This document shows, piece by piece, positions 20,502 through 31,226 of a stretch of 64,000 nt of DNA. The translations under genes were made by a program, and so were the position numbers. The notes below the pieces were generated by a model. It was not told where the DNA came from, made no database searches, and was given only the letters and a program-made list of their open reading frames with translations. The stretch is from an uncultured Bacteroidales bacterium (GTDB taxonomy: Bacteria > Bacteroidota > Bacteroidia > Bacteroidales > JAEINX01): contig CAYWXI010000025.1 in assembly GCA_964462015.1 (NCBI GenBank), forward strand, positions 3,329-67,328, written 5' to 3'. Within the stretch, counting starts at the first letter, position 1, and each line of letters begins with the position of its first letter.

Positions 20502-20813
20502 TTATTTTATGACAATCTCAATCCCTGTTGTTTGTACTTCGTACGCAAATGGATTCATTTGAGTAAAGTCAGATTCTCCAATAGGATGTGGCTCAATTCT
20601 TAAATCAATTTTTCTTCTCAATCTCATTAGCTGCATTTGAGTATCAAAGAAATCGGTCATATTTCCAATCACTATTGCTATATCAATATCGCTATCCTCT
20701 CTCTCCAATCCTCTGGCACAAGAACCAAATAAGAATGCTTTTTTCACATTCAAATCAGAAGGCAGTTGATTAATGTATTTTGATGCTGTATCTATAATTG
20801 ATTTCTTAACCAT
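20502..20813 (-). CDS. MNT-type nucleotidyltransferase domain protein (antitoxin-like), no intact HEPN partner
   Basis: FLFGSCARGLEREDSDIDIAIV is the G-S-x(n)-D-x-D polbeta-NTase signature. 103 aa. Confidence 0.8.
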   Translation of the reverse strand: MVKKSIIDTASKYINQLPSDLNVKKAFLFGSCARGLEREDSDIDIAIVIGNMTDFFDTQMQLMRLRRKIDLRIEPHPIGESDFTQMNPFAYEVQTTGIEIVIK

Positions 20814-21075
20814 ATTCTAAGTTTTTCGATTCTATCCAACCAGATGTCAGTAAATTCTTTTGTACATAGTTTATAAAACTCTTGTTTGTAATTATCATAT
20901 CTTGCATTCAAGTTGAACGTAGTAATCTTGTTTGTTTATTTTATGTGGCAATTTAAAAAAACTTTTTTTCAATATCTGGTTTCCAAAAGCTCAATTATTT
21001 ATCATTCAATTATAAAATACAAATATACATTAAAATCTCTTTATACATACAGATGAATAATAACCAGCACCAGAT

Positions 21076-21128
21076 GGAATTTTTTTCTTTCATTAAACAA
21101 CTAACACATAATCTTTGAGTTAATCGTT
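21076..21128. repeat. Direct repeat copy B (~53 bp) flanking the nucleotidyltransferase cassette
   Basis: ggaatttttttctttcattaaacaactaacacataatctttgagttaatcgtt, same orientation as copy A, about 810 bp away. Confidence 0.7.
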
Positions 21129-21192
21129 ATTCTATTTATACGTATTTATTTATTTTAAGCTATTTTCTTTTAAATACTGAATTGCTTAGTTT

Positions 21193-21219
21193 GCAAAAGC
21201 CTGCCCCAAAAAGACAGAC
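21193..21219 (-). terminator. Possible terminator at the end of the metal-efflux operon
   Basis: Minus strand GUCUGUC-uuuuugg-GGCAGGC (7-bp stem with two G-U pairs) then UUUUG, 20 bp after the stop at 21239. Confidence 0.35.
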
Positions 21220-21238
21220 TTTTGAATTCCATTAATAA

Positions 21239-21607
21239 TTATTTCTCTTGAGGTTTTTTAGCCTCACTTTCCTTCTTTTGACGCTCATATTTACAGCATC
21301 CCGGAAGATTGCTATAAACTTCATCTTTTGCTTTTTGCTTATCGGTATCATGTCCAACTTTTGCAACAGCCAAATGAACTTTATTACTGTTTGTTTTAGA
21401 CTTATCATAAGTCAACTCAAGCATATTGGTTTTTTGATTCCAGTCAGCAGACGTAACTCCATCTACAGATTCTGCAGCTTTTTCGATACGGTTTTCACAC
21501 ATTCCACATGCACCATAAACTTTGAATTTTTCGGTTTTGCTTTGTGCAAATACTGTCATTGCTCCAATCAGGAACAATCCTGCTAAACTTAAAACTTTCT
21601 TTTTCAT
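21239..21607 (-). CDS. Secreted heavy-metal-associated (HMA) domain protein
   Basis: Signal MKKKVLSLAGLFLIGAMTVFAQ. KVYGACGMCENRIEKAAESVDGV (CxxC HMA motif). C-terminal PGCCKY. Confidence 0.8.
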   Translation of the reverse strand: MKKKVLSLAGLFLIGAMTVFAQSKTEKFKVYGACGMCENRIEKAAESVDGVTSADWNQKTNMLELTYDKSKTNSNKVHLAVAKVGHDTDKQKAKDEVYSNLPGCCKYERQKKESEAKKPQEK

Positions 21608-21636
21608 TTTTTTAGATTTTAATATTAATTAATTAT

Positions 21637-21909
21637 TTATTTACTTATTCTACCTATTGCACAGCTTACAAATGATTTTGCAACAGATATTGTACTATTA
21701 TTTCCTCGTACGGGATAACCCATTTTTGTAAGCTTTGACTTATATTTTCCAACATTGCTTTCATCACCGTCAAAACAAATTGATATTAATGAATCTTCAA
21801 TGTTAATTTCTGTTGATTTTACTTCATGAAATTTATTAAGACCATTTTTGATCGTTGAAGCACAACCATTGCATTTTAAATTTTCAATTTTTATTGTTAT
21901 TGTGTTCAT
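21637..21909 (-). CDS. Cytoplasmic HMA-domain metallochaperone (CopZ-like)
   Basis: KIENLKCNGCASTIKNGL, a CxxC in a ferredoxin-like HMA context. 90 aa, no signal peptide. Confidence 0.75.
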   Translation of the reverse strand: MNTITIKIENLKCNGCASTIKNGLNKFHEVKSTEINIEDSLISICFDGDESNVGKYKSKLTKMGYPVRGNNSTISVAKSFVSCAIGRISK

Positions 21910-21939
21910 GTGTATATATTTTTGTAGTTGCTACATTTT

Positions 21940-23775
21940 TTATTTAGTTGAAAAGTTAAATTCACGTTTTATTTCTCCACATTTCAGCATCTTGTCGCCA
22001 AAGTAAGGGTTGCGAATTTCTTTTTCACTACTTATCCAAAACGCTCCTTTATTATTGAAAGCCATTGGACAAAATTGTAAATACAAAGGTTTTTCACCGT
22101 CAGCCCCAAACAAATCAATGGATTCGATGAGATTATTCGACACAATACTAAAATGACTACGTTTCATCTCAATGCCTTTCATTGTGATGATACCATAAAG
22201 ATTTTCTTTAACAGACTTCAGGATATTCATCCATTCTATATGTGCATTGCCTTTTAAAAGGGTCACATCTATTTTATTTAGACTTGATAAAACAGTCTTT
22301 GTTTTTTCTTCAACCTGTTTTTCATCAGTTGCTACAAAGGCATCTTTCATTTTTAGATAATTATCTACAAATTCAGTAAGTTGTATTTTGAAAGTCTCAG
22401 GAATATCAGCAAAAGTTTCAACCTTTCTTTCGGAAATATTCATTGCTTCCATTTCTTCATCACTCATTTTAGTACCGCCATGATTATGGCCGGCAGAAAT
22501 TTTACCCCCTTCAGGATTCATCATGCTCGGTTTGCCTGCCAACTGTGCTGATGCATCAATCTTAAATACTCCTTTTGTTACAATTTCTTCTCCCTCGGAT
22601 AAGCCTTTTGCAACTACATAGAAATTATCGGATTCGTGTCCAAGAACAATTTCACGATACTGAAATGACGGTGTTTCACGGTTCGGGTTTTTTACATAAA
22701 CCACTGCACGTTTTCCTGTCCAAAGGATTGATGTTTTTGGTATCAATAACTCATCAGAGTTTTTACCTGTAGTTGATTCTAAAATTCCATTTGCAAACAT
22801 TTCGGGTTTCAATAACAGATTTGGGTTTTCTATTTCAAGCCGCACCTGAGCAATTCTTGTTTTAGGATTAATAAAAGGATCGATAAAACTTACTTTGCCG
22901 GTGAAGTTTTTGCCGGGTAATGATTGCAAAGTCAAGTCTATTTTATCACCAATTTTTATCCAGGGTAAATCGCTTTCGTAAGCTTCGAACATGACCCAAA
23001 CGCGGCTTAAGTCAATTATTTCGAATAATGCTGAACCTTCCTTAACATAATCACCAATTGCAACATGACGTTTGCTTACTGCTCCCGATCCTGGAGAAAA
23101 AATATCAAAATACAGCTTTGGTTCCCCATTAGCTTCTATGTCATCAATTTGGCCATTAGTCAAATCCCAAAGTTTAAGTTTACTTCGTGATGCCTTATAA
23201 AACGAAGGATTGCTATCTTTGTATTTGATAGCTTCAAGCAATTCCTTTTGTGCAGTAATTAAATCAGGTGAATAGATGATTCCTAATTTCTGACCTTTCT
23301 TTACATTCTGACCTGTATAATTCACATACAACTTTTCGATTCTTCCACCAAAACGAGCGGTTAATTCAGCAATATTTCGTTCGTCGGGTTTTACTTTGCC
23401 AAGCAGATGAATTGATTTTTCTGGAACACCTCGTTTTACGAAAGTGGTTTGAACATCTGCCAGTTTTATGGCCGATTCGGTCATTTGTATTTCATTGGGA
23501 TCAATATCGTCTCCTTCTGTATGCAAGGTGTTTACCGGTACTAAATCCATTGCACAAATTGGGCAAAGCCCCGGCTTGTTTTGCTTTATCTGCGGATGCA
23601 TAGAGCAGGTGTAAATCGTTTCTTCCGCAATTGTAATTTCTTCATGATTGTGCCGTGCATGGTTTTCTTCAGAACCTCCGAAAAAAACTGCACCAAAGAA
23701 TAAGCTTGTAATAAGCGTAATACCTATTATTATGACTTCTCTTTTATTCAGTGTTTTAAATTTTTTTGTTTTCAT
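21940..23775 (-). CDS. cusB: RND efflux periplasmic adaptor (CusB-like) with N-terminal CxxC metal-binding domain and DUF3347-like C-terminal extension
   Basis: [26 protein letters not shown], His-rich HARHNHEE and GHNHGG, a central lipoyl/beta-barrel adaptor region ([18 protein letters not shown]...). ATGA overlap with the upstream gene. Confidence 0.8.
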   Translation of the reverse strand: MKTKKFKTLNKREVIIIGITLITSLFFGAVFFGGSEENHARHNHEEITIAEETIYTCSMHPQIKQNKPGLCPICAMDLVPVNTLHTEGDDIDPNEIQMTESAIKLADVQTTFVKRGVPEKSIHLLGKVKPDERNIAELTARFGGRIEKLYVNYTGQNVKKGQKLGIIYSPDLITAQKELLEAIKYKDSNPSFYKASRSKLKLWDLTNGQIDDIEANGEPKLYFDIFSPGSGAVSKRHVAIGDYVKEGSALFEIIDLSRVWVMFEAYESDLPWIKIGDKIDLTLQSLPGKNFTGKVSFIDPFINPKTRIAQVRLEIENPNLLLKPEMFANGILESTTGKNSDELLIPKTSILWTGKRAVVYVKNPNRETPSFQYREIVLGHESDNFYVVAKGLSEGEEIVTKGVFKIDASAQLAGKPSMMNPEGGKISAGHNHGGTKMSDEEMEAMNISERKVETFADIPETFKIQLTEFVDNYLKMKDAFVATDEKQVEEKTKTVLSSLNKIDVTLLKGNAHIEWMNILKSVKENLYGIITMKGIEMKRSHFSIVSNNLIESIDLFGADGEKPLYLQFCPMAFNNKGAFWISSEKEIRNPYFGDKMLKCGEIKREFNFSTK

Positions 23776-25871
23776 TGTTGTAATATTTTTTTTGCTTCAT
23801 TAACAGAAGATACAGGCTGCTTACAAACATTATGTTTACAAACATAAATTATTGATTGATTCTTAACATATCTGTTTTCAAAAACAGGAATTCCTTTATC
23901 TTTAACACTTCCGGCAAAAATAATATCAGGCCTATAATCATTTAATATCTCTATTGAAAGTTTATCGGTATCGGGGCCTGTAACCACAAGTTCGTAGGGC
24001 GAATTTGTAAACCATAACATTACTGATGCCCAATTTGAAAAATATGTAATATTTGAAGAAATTTTTTTATTAATATTTGTAAGCATCTGTTTTGATTTAT
24101 TGTTCATGCTACTATCAGAGTAATAGACACCCAGAGTAAATAAATTTTTCGCCATTGATGAGTTGGATGATGGAATTACATTATCTGAAATTTCTTTTTT
24201 ACGAACAATCAAGTTAAAATCAACATCTGAAGCGTAAAAAAACATAGCTGTTTCATAATCATAAAAATGCTCCAGAGTATAATCTGTTAACTTTTTAGCT
24301 ACTCTTAAATAATTTTCATTATAAGTAGCTTGAAATAATGCGATAAATGCTTCAATTGTAAAACTATAATCATCAAGAAAAGCATTAATTTTACTCTTTC
24401 CATCTTTGTAGTTTCTAAGAAGACTGAAATCATTTTGCAGGATATTTTTTTCAAGAAATTCAGCAGCCTTTGTTGCTTGTATTAAGAATTTATCTTCTTT
24501 AAAAACAAGATAAGCATCAACATAAGCCTTGATCATAAGTGCATTCCACGAAGTTAAAACTTTGTCATCCAAGCCGGGATGAATGCGTTCTTCCCTTGCA
24601 TTTCGTAATTTATTATTTAATGATGTGATTGTTTTTAATAGCCCGGTTTCTGTTAAGTTGTATTTTTTTGCAATTTTTTCAGAACTTTCAATTATATGTA
24701 AAATATTTACACCTTGTTCCCAGTTTCCTGATTCTTTAACTGCATAATAATCACAAAACAAGTCAGAGCTATTACCCAAAATTTCATCTATCTCCTCTTT
24801 TTTCCAAACATAATATTTTCCTTCTTCTCCTTCACTATCAGCATCTAATGATGAATAAAAACCGTTTTCAGGAGAGGTGAGTTCTCTTTTAATAAATTCA
24901 AGGGTTTGATAAACTATTTTTTTATACAAATCATTTTTTGTCAGCAAATACGCATTGCTGTAAAGACTTACAAGCTGAGCATTATCGTAAAGCATTTTTT
25001 CAAAGTGTGGGACTTTCCAATGTTCATCGACAGAATAACGGGAAAAACCACCGCCAAGTTGGTCATAAATTCCACCTTTAGCCATTTTTTCAAGGGTTAA
25101 ATTTATGTGCCGCAAAACTTCATCATCATTTGTATAGTAATAGTATTTCATCAAAAAGTCTATAGTTGAAGGCATAGGAAACTTCGGAGCTTTTTGTTCG
25201 CCACCATTTATTTTATCAAAACTTGATTTCCAATTTTCAACAGCATCGGTTAATTCTTCAATGCTAAATTCAGTTGGCTCGGATTTTAATTTTACAAATT
25301 CAGAATTTATTATTCCCTGCTGCAATTGCTCAGCTGAGTTTATATATCGTTGCTTGTCATTCTCATATCCCAAAGCAAGATTTTCCAAAATATCTTTCCA
25401 TTGATTTGGTTTGAAATAAGTTCCTCCGTAAACCGGACGGCCATCAGGTAAAGCAAAACAATTTAAAGGCCAACCTCCGTTGCCTGTGATTAATTGCACT
25501 GCTATCATATATATTTGATCAACATCGGGATGTTCTTCTCTATCAACTTTTATGCATACGAAATTTTCATTCATAATTTTTGCAATACTTTCGTTTTCAA
25601 ACGATTCATGTTCCATTACATGACACCAATGACAAGCTGAATACCCGATACTTATCAGCAATAATTTATCTTCGTTTTTTGCCTTTTTCAAAGCTATCTC
25701 ACCCCAGGGATACCAATCCACAGGGTTGTGGGCATGTTGAAGTAGATAAGGACTGTTTTCTTTAATTAAATGATTTGAAAATTTATGTTTCATTTTTGTA
25801 TTATTTTGTTTTTGTGAGTTTCCGCATTGGAAAAATAAAATTATTGGAAGTATGATAAGATTTTTCTTCAT
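23772..25871 (-). CDS. DUF255 / YyaL-type thioredoxin-fold plus six-hairpin (epimerase-like) protein, lipoprotein-like signal
   Basis: [43 protein letters not shown] is the DUF255 signature. About 700 aa with the typical alpha/alpha toroid tail. N-terminus [10 protein letters not shown]. Confidence 0.8.
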   Translation of the reverse strand: MKKNLIILPIILFFQCGNSQKQNNTKMKHKFSNHLIKENSPYLLQHAHNPVDWYPWGEIALKKAKNEDKLLLISIGYSACHWCHVMEHESFENESIAKIMNENFVCIKVDREEHPDVDQIYMIAVQLITGNGGWPLNCFALPDGRPVYGGTYFKPNQWKDILENLALGYENDKQRYINSAEQLQQGIINSEFVKLKSEPTEFSIEELTDAVENWKSSFDKINGGEQKAPKFPMPSTIDFLMKYYYYTNDDEVLRHINLTLEKMAKGGIYDQLGGGFSRYSVDEHWKVPHFEKMLYDNAQLVSLYSNAYLLTKNDLYKKIVYQTLEFIKRELTSPENGFYSSLDADSEGEEGKYYVWKKEEIDEILGNSSDLFCDYYAVKESGNWEQGVNILHIIESSEKIAKKYNLTETGLLKTITSLNNKLRNAREERIHPGLDDKVLTSWNALMIKAYVDAYLVFKEDKFLIQATKAAEFLEKNILQNDFSLLRNYKDGKSKINAFLDDYSFTIEAFIALFQATYNENYLRVAKKLTDYTLEHFYDYETAMFFYASDVDFNLIVRKKEISDNVIPSSNSSMAKNLFTLGVYYSDSSMNNKSKQMLTNINKKISSNITYFSNWASVMLWFTNSPYELVVTGPDTDKLSIEILNDYRPDIIFAGSVKDKGIPVFENRYVKNQSIIYVCKHNVCKQPVSSVNEAKKILQQ

Positions 25872-25875
25872 GTGT

Positions 25876-27123
25876 TTAAAATTTCCCCATTAAATAATTT
25901 ATAAATGCAATTGAAATTTGTTTGTCAACTTTTGCTTTTTCAAGTTCCAAACAATACTTCAAAACACGTTTTTCCATTCTTAATATTTCCTCAAAATTAC
26001 TACCTTTGGTGGCATATTCAGTCTCGAGAATATTTCCAGCTTTTTCGGCTAATTGCAACTGTTTTTGAAATAAATCAATTCGCCTGTCAGCATCAAGATA
26101 TTCAGCATACTCCTTTTCAAAGATGGATTCAAGCTTATTGATTTTATCGACTTTTTTGTTTTCAATAGCTTTTTTCATGAATACCGCTTCTTTTACCATT
26201 GCTGAATATTTCTTGCGATATAATGGAATTGTTATCCCGATTTTAGGAAAAAGGATAGCATCCTTTCCATTTTGATTAGCATCAGTCATTGCATCACCAC
26301 TTGCTCCGATAGCAATGTAATCAAGTCCAATTGATATATTGGGCAAGCCGTTTTTCTTTGCAAGTTTTTCTTTGCTCTGAAATGAATTAATCTTGTAATC
26401 AAGAGTCAACAACTGATGATTATTCAATTTTAAACTGTCTAAAACAGTTTGTCGGGAGTAAGCTAAATCGTTTGTCCAAAGAATATCGGGAATTTCGATT
26501 GGGCTATTTTCATCAACATTTAAAAGATTATTGAATTTTACTGAATTCACAAAACTTTTATCTTTTAATAAGGCAAGCTTGTTTTCCAGATCAGTTAGTT
26601 CCATTTCTACCCTTAATTCATCAACTCCCGAAGTTTTTCCTGTTTCAATTTTAATTAAGGCAAGATTTTTAAATGTTTTAAGAATACGAATATTCTTATG
26701 GGTAATATCAATGCTTTGCCTGATAAAATATAAATCGAACCAGCATGATTTAACCTCGAAAAAGAGTTTTGATTTAGTTTCTTCAAGATCCTCAAACTTA
26801 GCCCTTGCCATATTTAACACAACATCCTCTTTGATATTTAAGGTTCCAAACCAGGGAAACATCTGAGTTAATGAAATTTTAGCTTGTTGCGGACCGTTTT
26901 TGGTTTCAACCGGCATAATAAAATATCCGAATGCCAATTGAGGGTCAGGTAGTGTCCCAACTTGTGAGACCTGTTCCAGTGAGGCCATATATTCATTGAA
27001 CTTTGCTTTGAGTGCAGGATTGTTTATAGCGGCAGTTTGCAAATACCTGTCCAAAATTTCCTGTCCTGAAAGTGTTCCGGTAAAAGCTAAAAATATTAAT
27101 ATAATTATAAGTTTAGTTTTCAT
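25876..27123 (-). CDS. cusC: TolC-family outer-membrane efflux protein (CusC-like)
   Basis: 415 aa, signal [21 protein letters not shown]. Two repeats of coiled-coil/beta segments typical of OEP family. Sits between the RND pump and adaptor genes. Confidence 0.75.
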   Translation of the reverse strand: MKTKLIIILIFLAFTGTLSGQEILDRYLQTAAINNPALKAKFNEYMASLEQVSQVGTLPDPQLAFGYFIMPVETKNGPQQAKISLTQMFPWFGTLNIKEDVVLNMARAKFEDLEETKSKLFFEVKSCWFDLYFIRQSIDITHKNIRILKTFKNLALIKIETGKTSGVDELRVEMELTDLENKLALLKDKSFVNSVKFNNLLNVDENSPIEIPDILWTNDLAYSRQTVLDSLKLNNHQLLTLDYKINSFQSKEKLAKKNGLPNISIGLDYIAIGASGDAMTDANQNGKDAILFPKIGITIPLYRKKYSAMVKEAVFMKKAIENKKVDKINKLESIFEKEYAEYLDADRRIDLFQKQLQLAEKAGNILETEYATKGSNFEEILRMEKRVLKYCLELEKAKVDKQISIAFINYLMGKF

Positions 27124-27143
27124 AAGTTTATATTTTAGTGAAC

Positions 27144-27224
27144 AGGGGCTTAGACCCTATATATCTACAATGTACAATTATTTAATTAATGCTCATTATT
27201 CCAAGTAGCAGGGTCTAAGCCCCT
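27144..27224. repeat. Perfect 15-bp inverted repeat (AGGGGCTTAGACCCT / AGGGTCTAAGCCCCT) with 51-nt spacer, between cusA stop and cusC start
   Basis: Left arm 27144-27158, right arm 27210-27224, which overlaps the cusA stop codon. GC-rich relative to its surroundings. Confidence 0.8.
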
Positions 27225-30200
27225 CACTCAATGAACGTTTTTTTCTCTGCGCTTTTGCGACTCTGCGTTTTATATATATCAGATTTCTGACTTCTAACTT
27301 TTTGCTCCTGCCACATGCTATATAGCACCGGAACAACAAAAATGGTAAGTGTTGCAATCACCATTCCTCCAAAAATGGGTATAGCCATGGGAACCATAAT
27401 ATCTGATCCCTTGCCTGTAGATGTAAGAATAGGAAGCAATGCAATTAATGTAGTTGCAGTTGTCATTATTGCCGGACGTACTCTTTTCTTTCCTGCTTCC
27501 AGAACATTATCCCTTACTTCCTTAATGGAAACAGGTGTTTTTTTATCGAATAATTGTTTCAAATAAGTGCTAATTAACACTCCATCATCTGTTGCTATAC
27601 CGAAAAGGGCAATAAAACCAACCCAGACTGCAACACTTAGGTTTATGGTATTTATCTGGAACATGTTTTGTATGCCAATGCCTCCAATGAAAAAATTCAT
27701 AAACCATGGCTGCCCATAAAGCCAAAGCATGATGAAGCCACCGGAAAATGCAACTAATATTCCTGAGAAAATTAAACCTGCTCCAATAACCGATCTGAAC
27801 TGAAAATAAAGAATTAAGAAAATTATTATCAATGATATTGGGATAACTATCATTAATCGTTTGGTCGCTCTAATTTGATTTTCGTAGTTACCTGTGAATT
27901 TATAGTTAACTCCCGAAGGTATTTCCAGGTTTCCATTCTTAACTTTTTCATTCAGATATTTTTGTGCATTTTCAATCACATCAACCTCTGCATATCCGTC
28001 TTTTTTATCGAAAATCACATATCCGACAAGAAAAGTATTTTCGCTTTTTATCAATTGCGGGCCACGTGTATATTCAATGCTTGCCAGTTCACCTAATGGA
28101 ACCTGATGGCCTGAAGGTGTAGGAATAAGTATTTTTTTCAGGCCTTCGGGATTATCTCTGTATTCCCGTGCATACCGAACTCTAACCTGATAACGTTCCC
28201 TACCTTCAACAGTTGTTGTTAAGGGCATTCCACCTATTGCAGAACTAATAAAATTTTGAAAATCCTGTATTGTCAATCCATATCGGGCAATTGCATCTCT
28301 GTTTATTTTTATTTCAAGATAAGGTTTTCCAACTACACGGTCGGCAAAAACAGAAATCGGTTCAATGCCTTTTACATGTTTTAAGTGATTTTCTAATTGA
28401 TACCCTACTTTTTCTATGCTTTCCAAATCAGGGCCAAAAACTTTTATTCCCATTGGAGCACGCATCCCGGTTTGCAACATTATTAAACGAGTTTGAATTG
28501 GTTGTAATTTTGGTGCAGAAGTTAATCCAGGAATATTAGAATTATTTACAATTTCATTCCAAATATCATCAGGAGATGTAATGCTTTTTCGCCACTGACG
28601 GAAATATTCACCTTTAGTATCAGGAATTAACAAGTCTTTTTCAACAACCCTAAACAAATCTTTATCAGGATTATAAATTGAACCATCCTTTAAAACAAAG
28701 CTTTCATCATCATCAACTTTAAACCTTAGGCGATGTCCCTTTTCGTTAAGAATGTATTCCGGTTTATAATTGATCACATTTTCATACATCGACACAGGAG
28801 CAGGATCTAAAGCTGAATTTACCCGTCCCCATTTCCCAACAACATTTTCAACTTCAGGAATTGCATTAACTTTTTTATCAAGCAATCGGATAACCTCAAT
28901 GTTTTCCTCAATACCTGAATGTGGCATTGTGGTTGGCATCAGTAAAAACGAACCTTCATCAAGCGATGGCATAAATTCCCTGCCAATACCCGGAAAGGTT
29001 TTATTAACAGATTGCCATGTATCGGTTTGTTTTATAACATCGGGCATAAAACCGAAGAGTTTACCGAAACCCTGCCATACCATAATACCAAAAAGAATAA
29101 CAAAAATCGGGAGGATCAAAAACTTCCATTTGTTTGCCAATGCCCAAGAAAGAATTTTTGGGTACTGATATACGATTGATATTAAAACACCTAAAATGAA
29201 TGCAATAATAATTGCAATAAATACAAAATTACTGAATGTGCTATTTTGAGCACCAAGTGGCATCCATTTACTTGCAAGAAATTGAACCACTACTAACAAA
29301 GTAATGGTAATATTGATAAAGTTCACATACTTTCTATGCGATTCTTCCCAACGAAAAGCAAAGAAATTATTTACACCATAAGCAATCAAGGCAAAAGCGA
29401 TAAAATATCTTCCATAGAAAATAAATACTATACCTGCCAAAGCGAGAACTATATTCAGGTATTTACGGATTTTTTTACTGTTAACTCTTATTGACAATAC
29501 GATGTGTGCCAGTGCAGGAATTATTGTTATACCAAGAACCAATACCGACAGCATTACGAATGTTTTGGTGAAAGCCAGGGGCCTGAATAATTTACCTTCA
29601 GCTGCTTCCATAGCAAAGACCGGTAAAAAACTTATTATGGTAGTTGTAATTGCGGTTATAACTGCCGGGGCAACTTCAATACTTGCCTCGTAAATAATAT
29701 GCCGTAATTGTCTTCCCCTGGCCCCTTTGTTTTTAGGCAAAGAAGTGTGTCTGATGATGTTTTCGGTAAAAATAACACCCACATCCACCATTACACCAAT
29801 TGCGATGGCGATACCCGAGAGTGCAACAATATTGGCATCAACACCAAATTTTCTCATTACAATGAATGTCATTAATACACCGATAGGTAATAAACTTGAA
29901 ATAAGAATAGATGCACGTAGGTTAAAAACCAATATCAGTACTACAATTATGCTGATAAGCACTTCTAATGATAAAGCTTCTTCCAGGGTACCAAGTGTTT
30001 CGCTGATTAATCCCGAACGGTCATAAAATGGAATAATAGAAACTTTCGAAACAGTTCCATCATCTAATTTTTTTGAAGGTAAACCGGTACTGATTTCAAC
30101 AATTTTTTGCTTTACATTTTTAATTACTTCCAAAGGATTTGCACCATAACGTGCAACTACAACACCCCCAACTGCATCTGCACCACCTTTGTCCAGGCCA

Positions 30201-31072
30201 CCCCTGCGGGTAGCAGGACCAAAATGGATATTTGCAACATCTTTTAACCGGATCGGAACATTATTTTCAACAGCAACAACCGATTTTTCAAGGTCTTCAA
30301 GACTTTTAATATAACCTAATGCCCGTATCAGATATTCGGCACGGTTGAACTCTATAGTTCTTGCTCCAATATCAAGATTGCTTTTTTTAACTGCCTGCAT
30401 AATCTGAGCAATGGAAACTCCGTGAGCTTTCATTGCATTAGGAATAATATCTACCTGGTATTCCTTAACATATCCCCCAATTGAAGCTATCTCGGCTACA
30501 CCTTTGGCAGATGTCAAAGAATATTTCACATAAAAATCCTGAATAGAACGTAATTCCTGAGGATCCCATCCACCACTCGGATTACCGTTTTCATCTCTTC
30601 CTTCAAGCGTGTACCAATATACCTGCCCCAATGCTGTTGCATCCGGGCCAAGTGAAGGTGTAACTCCATCTGGTAAAGTTCCGGCAGGCAAAGAGTTAAG
30701 TTTTTCGAGTATCCGGCTTCTTCTCCAGTAGAATTCAACATCTTCTTCAAAAATGAGATAGATACTTGAAACTCCGAAAATAGAATTGCTACGGATAGTC
30801 TTTACTCCGGGAATACCGAGTAAGGCAGTTGTTAAAGGATAGGAAACCTGGTCTTCGATATCCTGTGGTGAACGACCGGGCCACTCGGTATAAACGATTT
30901 GTTGATTTTCGCCAATATCGGGAATGGCATCAACAGGAACAGGATCGTTTGGTAATATACCTGTGTCCCAACTAAATGGTGATGATACCATACCCCATGC
31001 TACAAATAATGCGAGCATTAGGAAAGTTACAAGTTTATTCTCTAAAAAGAACCTTATGATTTTGTTTAACAT
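27224..31072 (-). CDS. cusA: CusA/CzcA-family heavy-metal RND efflux pump, unusually long (1282 aa)
   Basis: N-terminus MLNKIIRFFLENKLVTFLMLALFVAWG...PDIGENQQIVYTEWPGRSPQDIEDQVSYPLT and GIAIAIGVMVDVGVIFTENI are typical of the HME-RND family. There is an extra hydrophobic block of roughly 160 aa in the middle. Confidence 0.85.
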   Translation of the reverse strand: MLNKIIRFFLENKLVTFLMLALFVAWGMVSSPFSWDTGILPNDPVPVDAIPDIGENQQIVYTEWPGRSPQDIEDQVSYPLTTALLGIPGVKTIRSNSIFGVSSIYLIFEEDVEFYWRRSRILEKLNSLPAGTLPDGVTPSLGPDATALGQVYWYTLEGRDENGNPSGGWDPQELRSIQDFYVKYSLTSAKGVAEIASIGGYVKEYQVDIIPNAMKAHGVSIAQIMQAVKKSNLDIGARTIEFNRAEYLIRALGYIKSLEDLEKSVVAVENNVPIRLKDVANIHFGPATRRGGLDKGGADAVGGVVVARYGANPLEVIKNVKQKIVEISTGLPSKKLDDGTVSKVSIIPFYDRSGLISETLGTLEEALSLEVLISIIVVLILVFNLRASILISSLLPIGVLMTFIVMRKFGVDANIVALSGIAIAIGVMVDVGVIFTENIIRHTSLPKNKGARGRQLRHIIYEASIEVAPAVITAITTTIISFLPVFAMEAAEGKLFRPLAFTKTFVMLSVLVLGITIIPALAHIVLSIRVNSKKIRKYLNIVLALAGIVFIFYGRYFIAFALIAYGVNNFFAFRWEESHRKYVNFINITITLLVVVQFLASKWMPLGAQNSTFSNFVFIAIIIAFILGVLISIVYQYPKILSWALANKWKFLILPIFVILFGIMVWQGFGKLFGFMPDVIKQTDTWQSVNKTFPGIGREFMPSLDEGSFLLMPTTMPHSGIEENIEVIRLLDKKVNAIPEVENVVGKWGRVNSALDPAPVSMYENVINYKPEYILNEKGHRLRFKVDDDESFVLKDGSIYNPDKDLFRVVEKDLLIPDTKGEYFRQWRKSITSPDDIWNEIVNNSNIPGLTSAPKLQPIQTRLIMLQTGMRAPMGIKVFGPDLESIEKVGYQLENHLKHVKGIEPISVFADRVVGKPYLEIKINRDAIARYGLTIQDFQNFISSAIGGMPLTTTVEGRERYQVRVRYAREYRDNPEGLKKILIPTPSGHQVPLGELASIEYTRGPQLIKSENTFLVGYVIFDKKDGYAEVDVIENAQKYLNEKVKNGNLEIPSGVNYKFTGNYENQIRATKRLMIVIPISLIIIFLILYFQFRSVIGAGLIFSGILVAFSGGFIMLWLYGQPWFMNFFIGGIGIQNMFQINTINLSVAVWVGFIALFGIATDDGVLISTYLKQLFDKKTPVSIKEVRDNVLEAGKKRVRPAIMTTATTLIALLPILTSTGKGSDIMVPMAIPIFGGMVIATLTIFVVPVLYSMWQEQKVRSQKSDIYKTQSRKSAEKKTFIE

Positions 31073-31184
31073 ATCTCTGAATGTTTTTAAATGTTATGAT
31101 TTTGTTTAAAGTCTAATGATAGAATGCGAAAATGCTTGAATGAGAGAATATGATTGAAATGAATAATTGATGAGTTTTTTAATC

Positions 31185-31225
31185 ATTTACTCAATTAAAC
31201 ATTTACTCATTCAATGATTTACTCA
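31185..31225. promoter_or_regulatory. Three direct repeats of ATTTACTCA at 16-bp phase, immediately upstream of cusA
   Basis: Copies at 31185-31193, 31201-31209 and 31217-31225, in the 154-bp gap between the small Cys-rich gene and cusA. Confidence 0.45.
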
Positions 31226-31226
31226 T

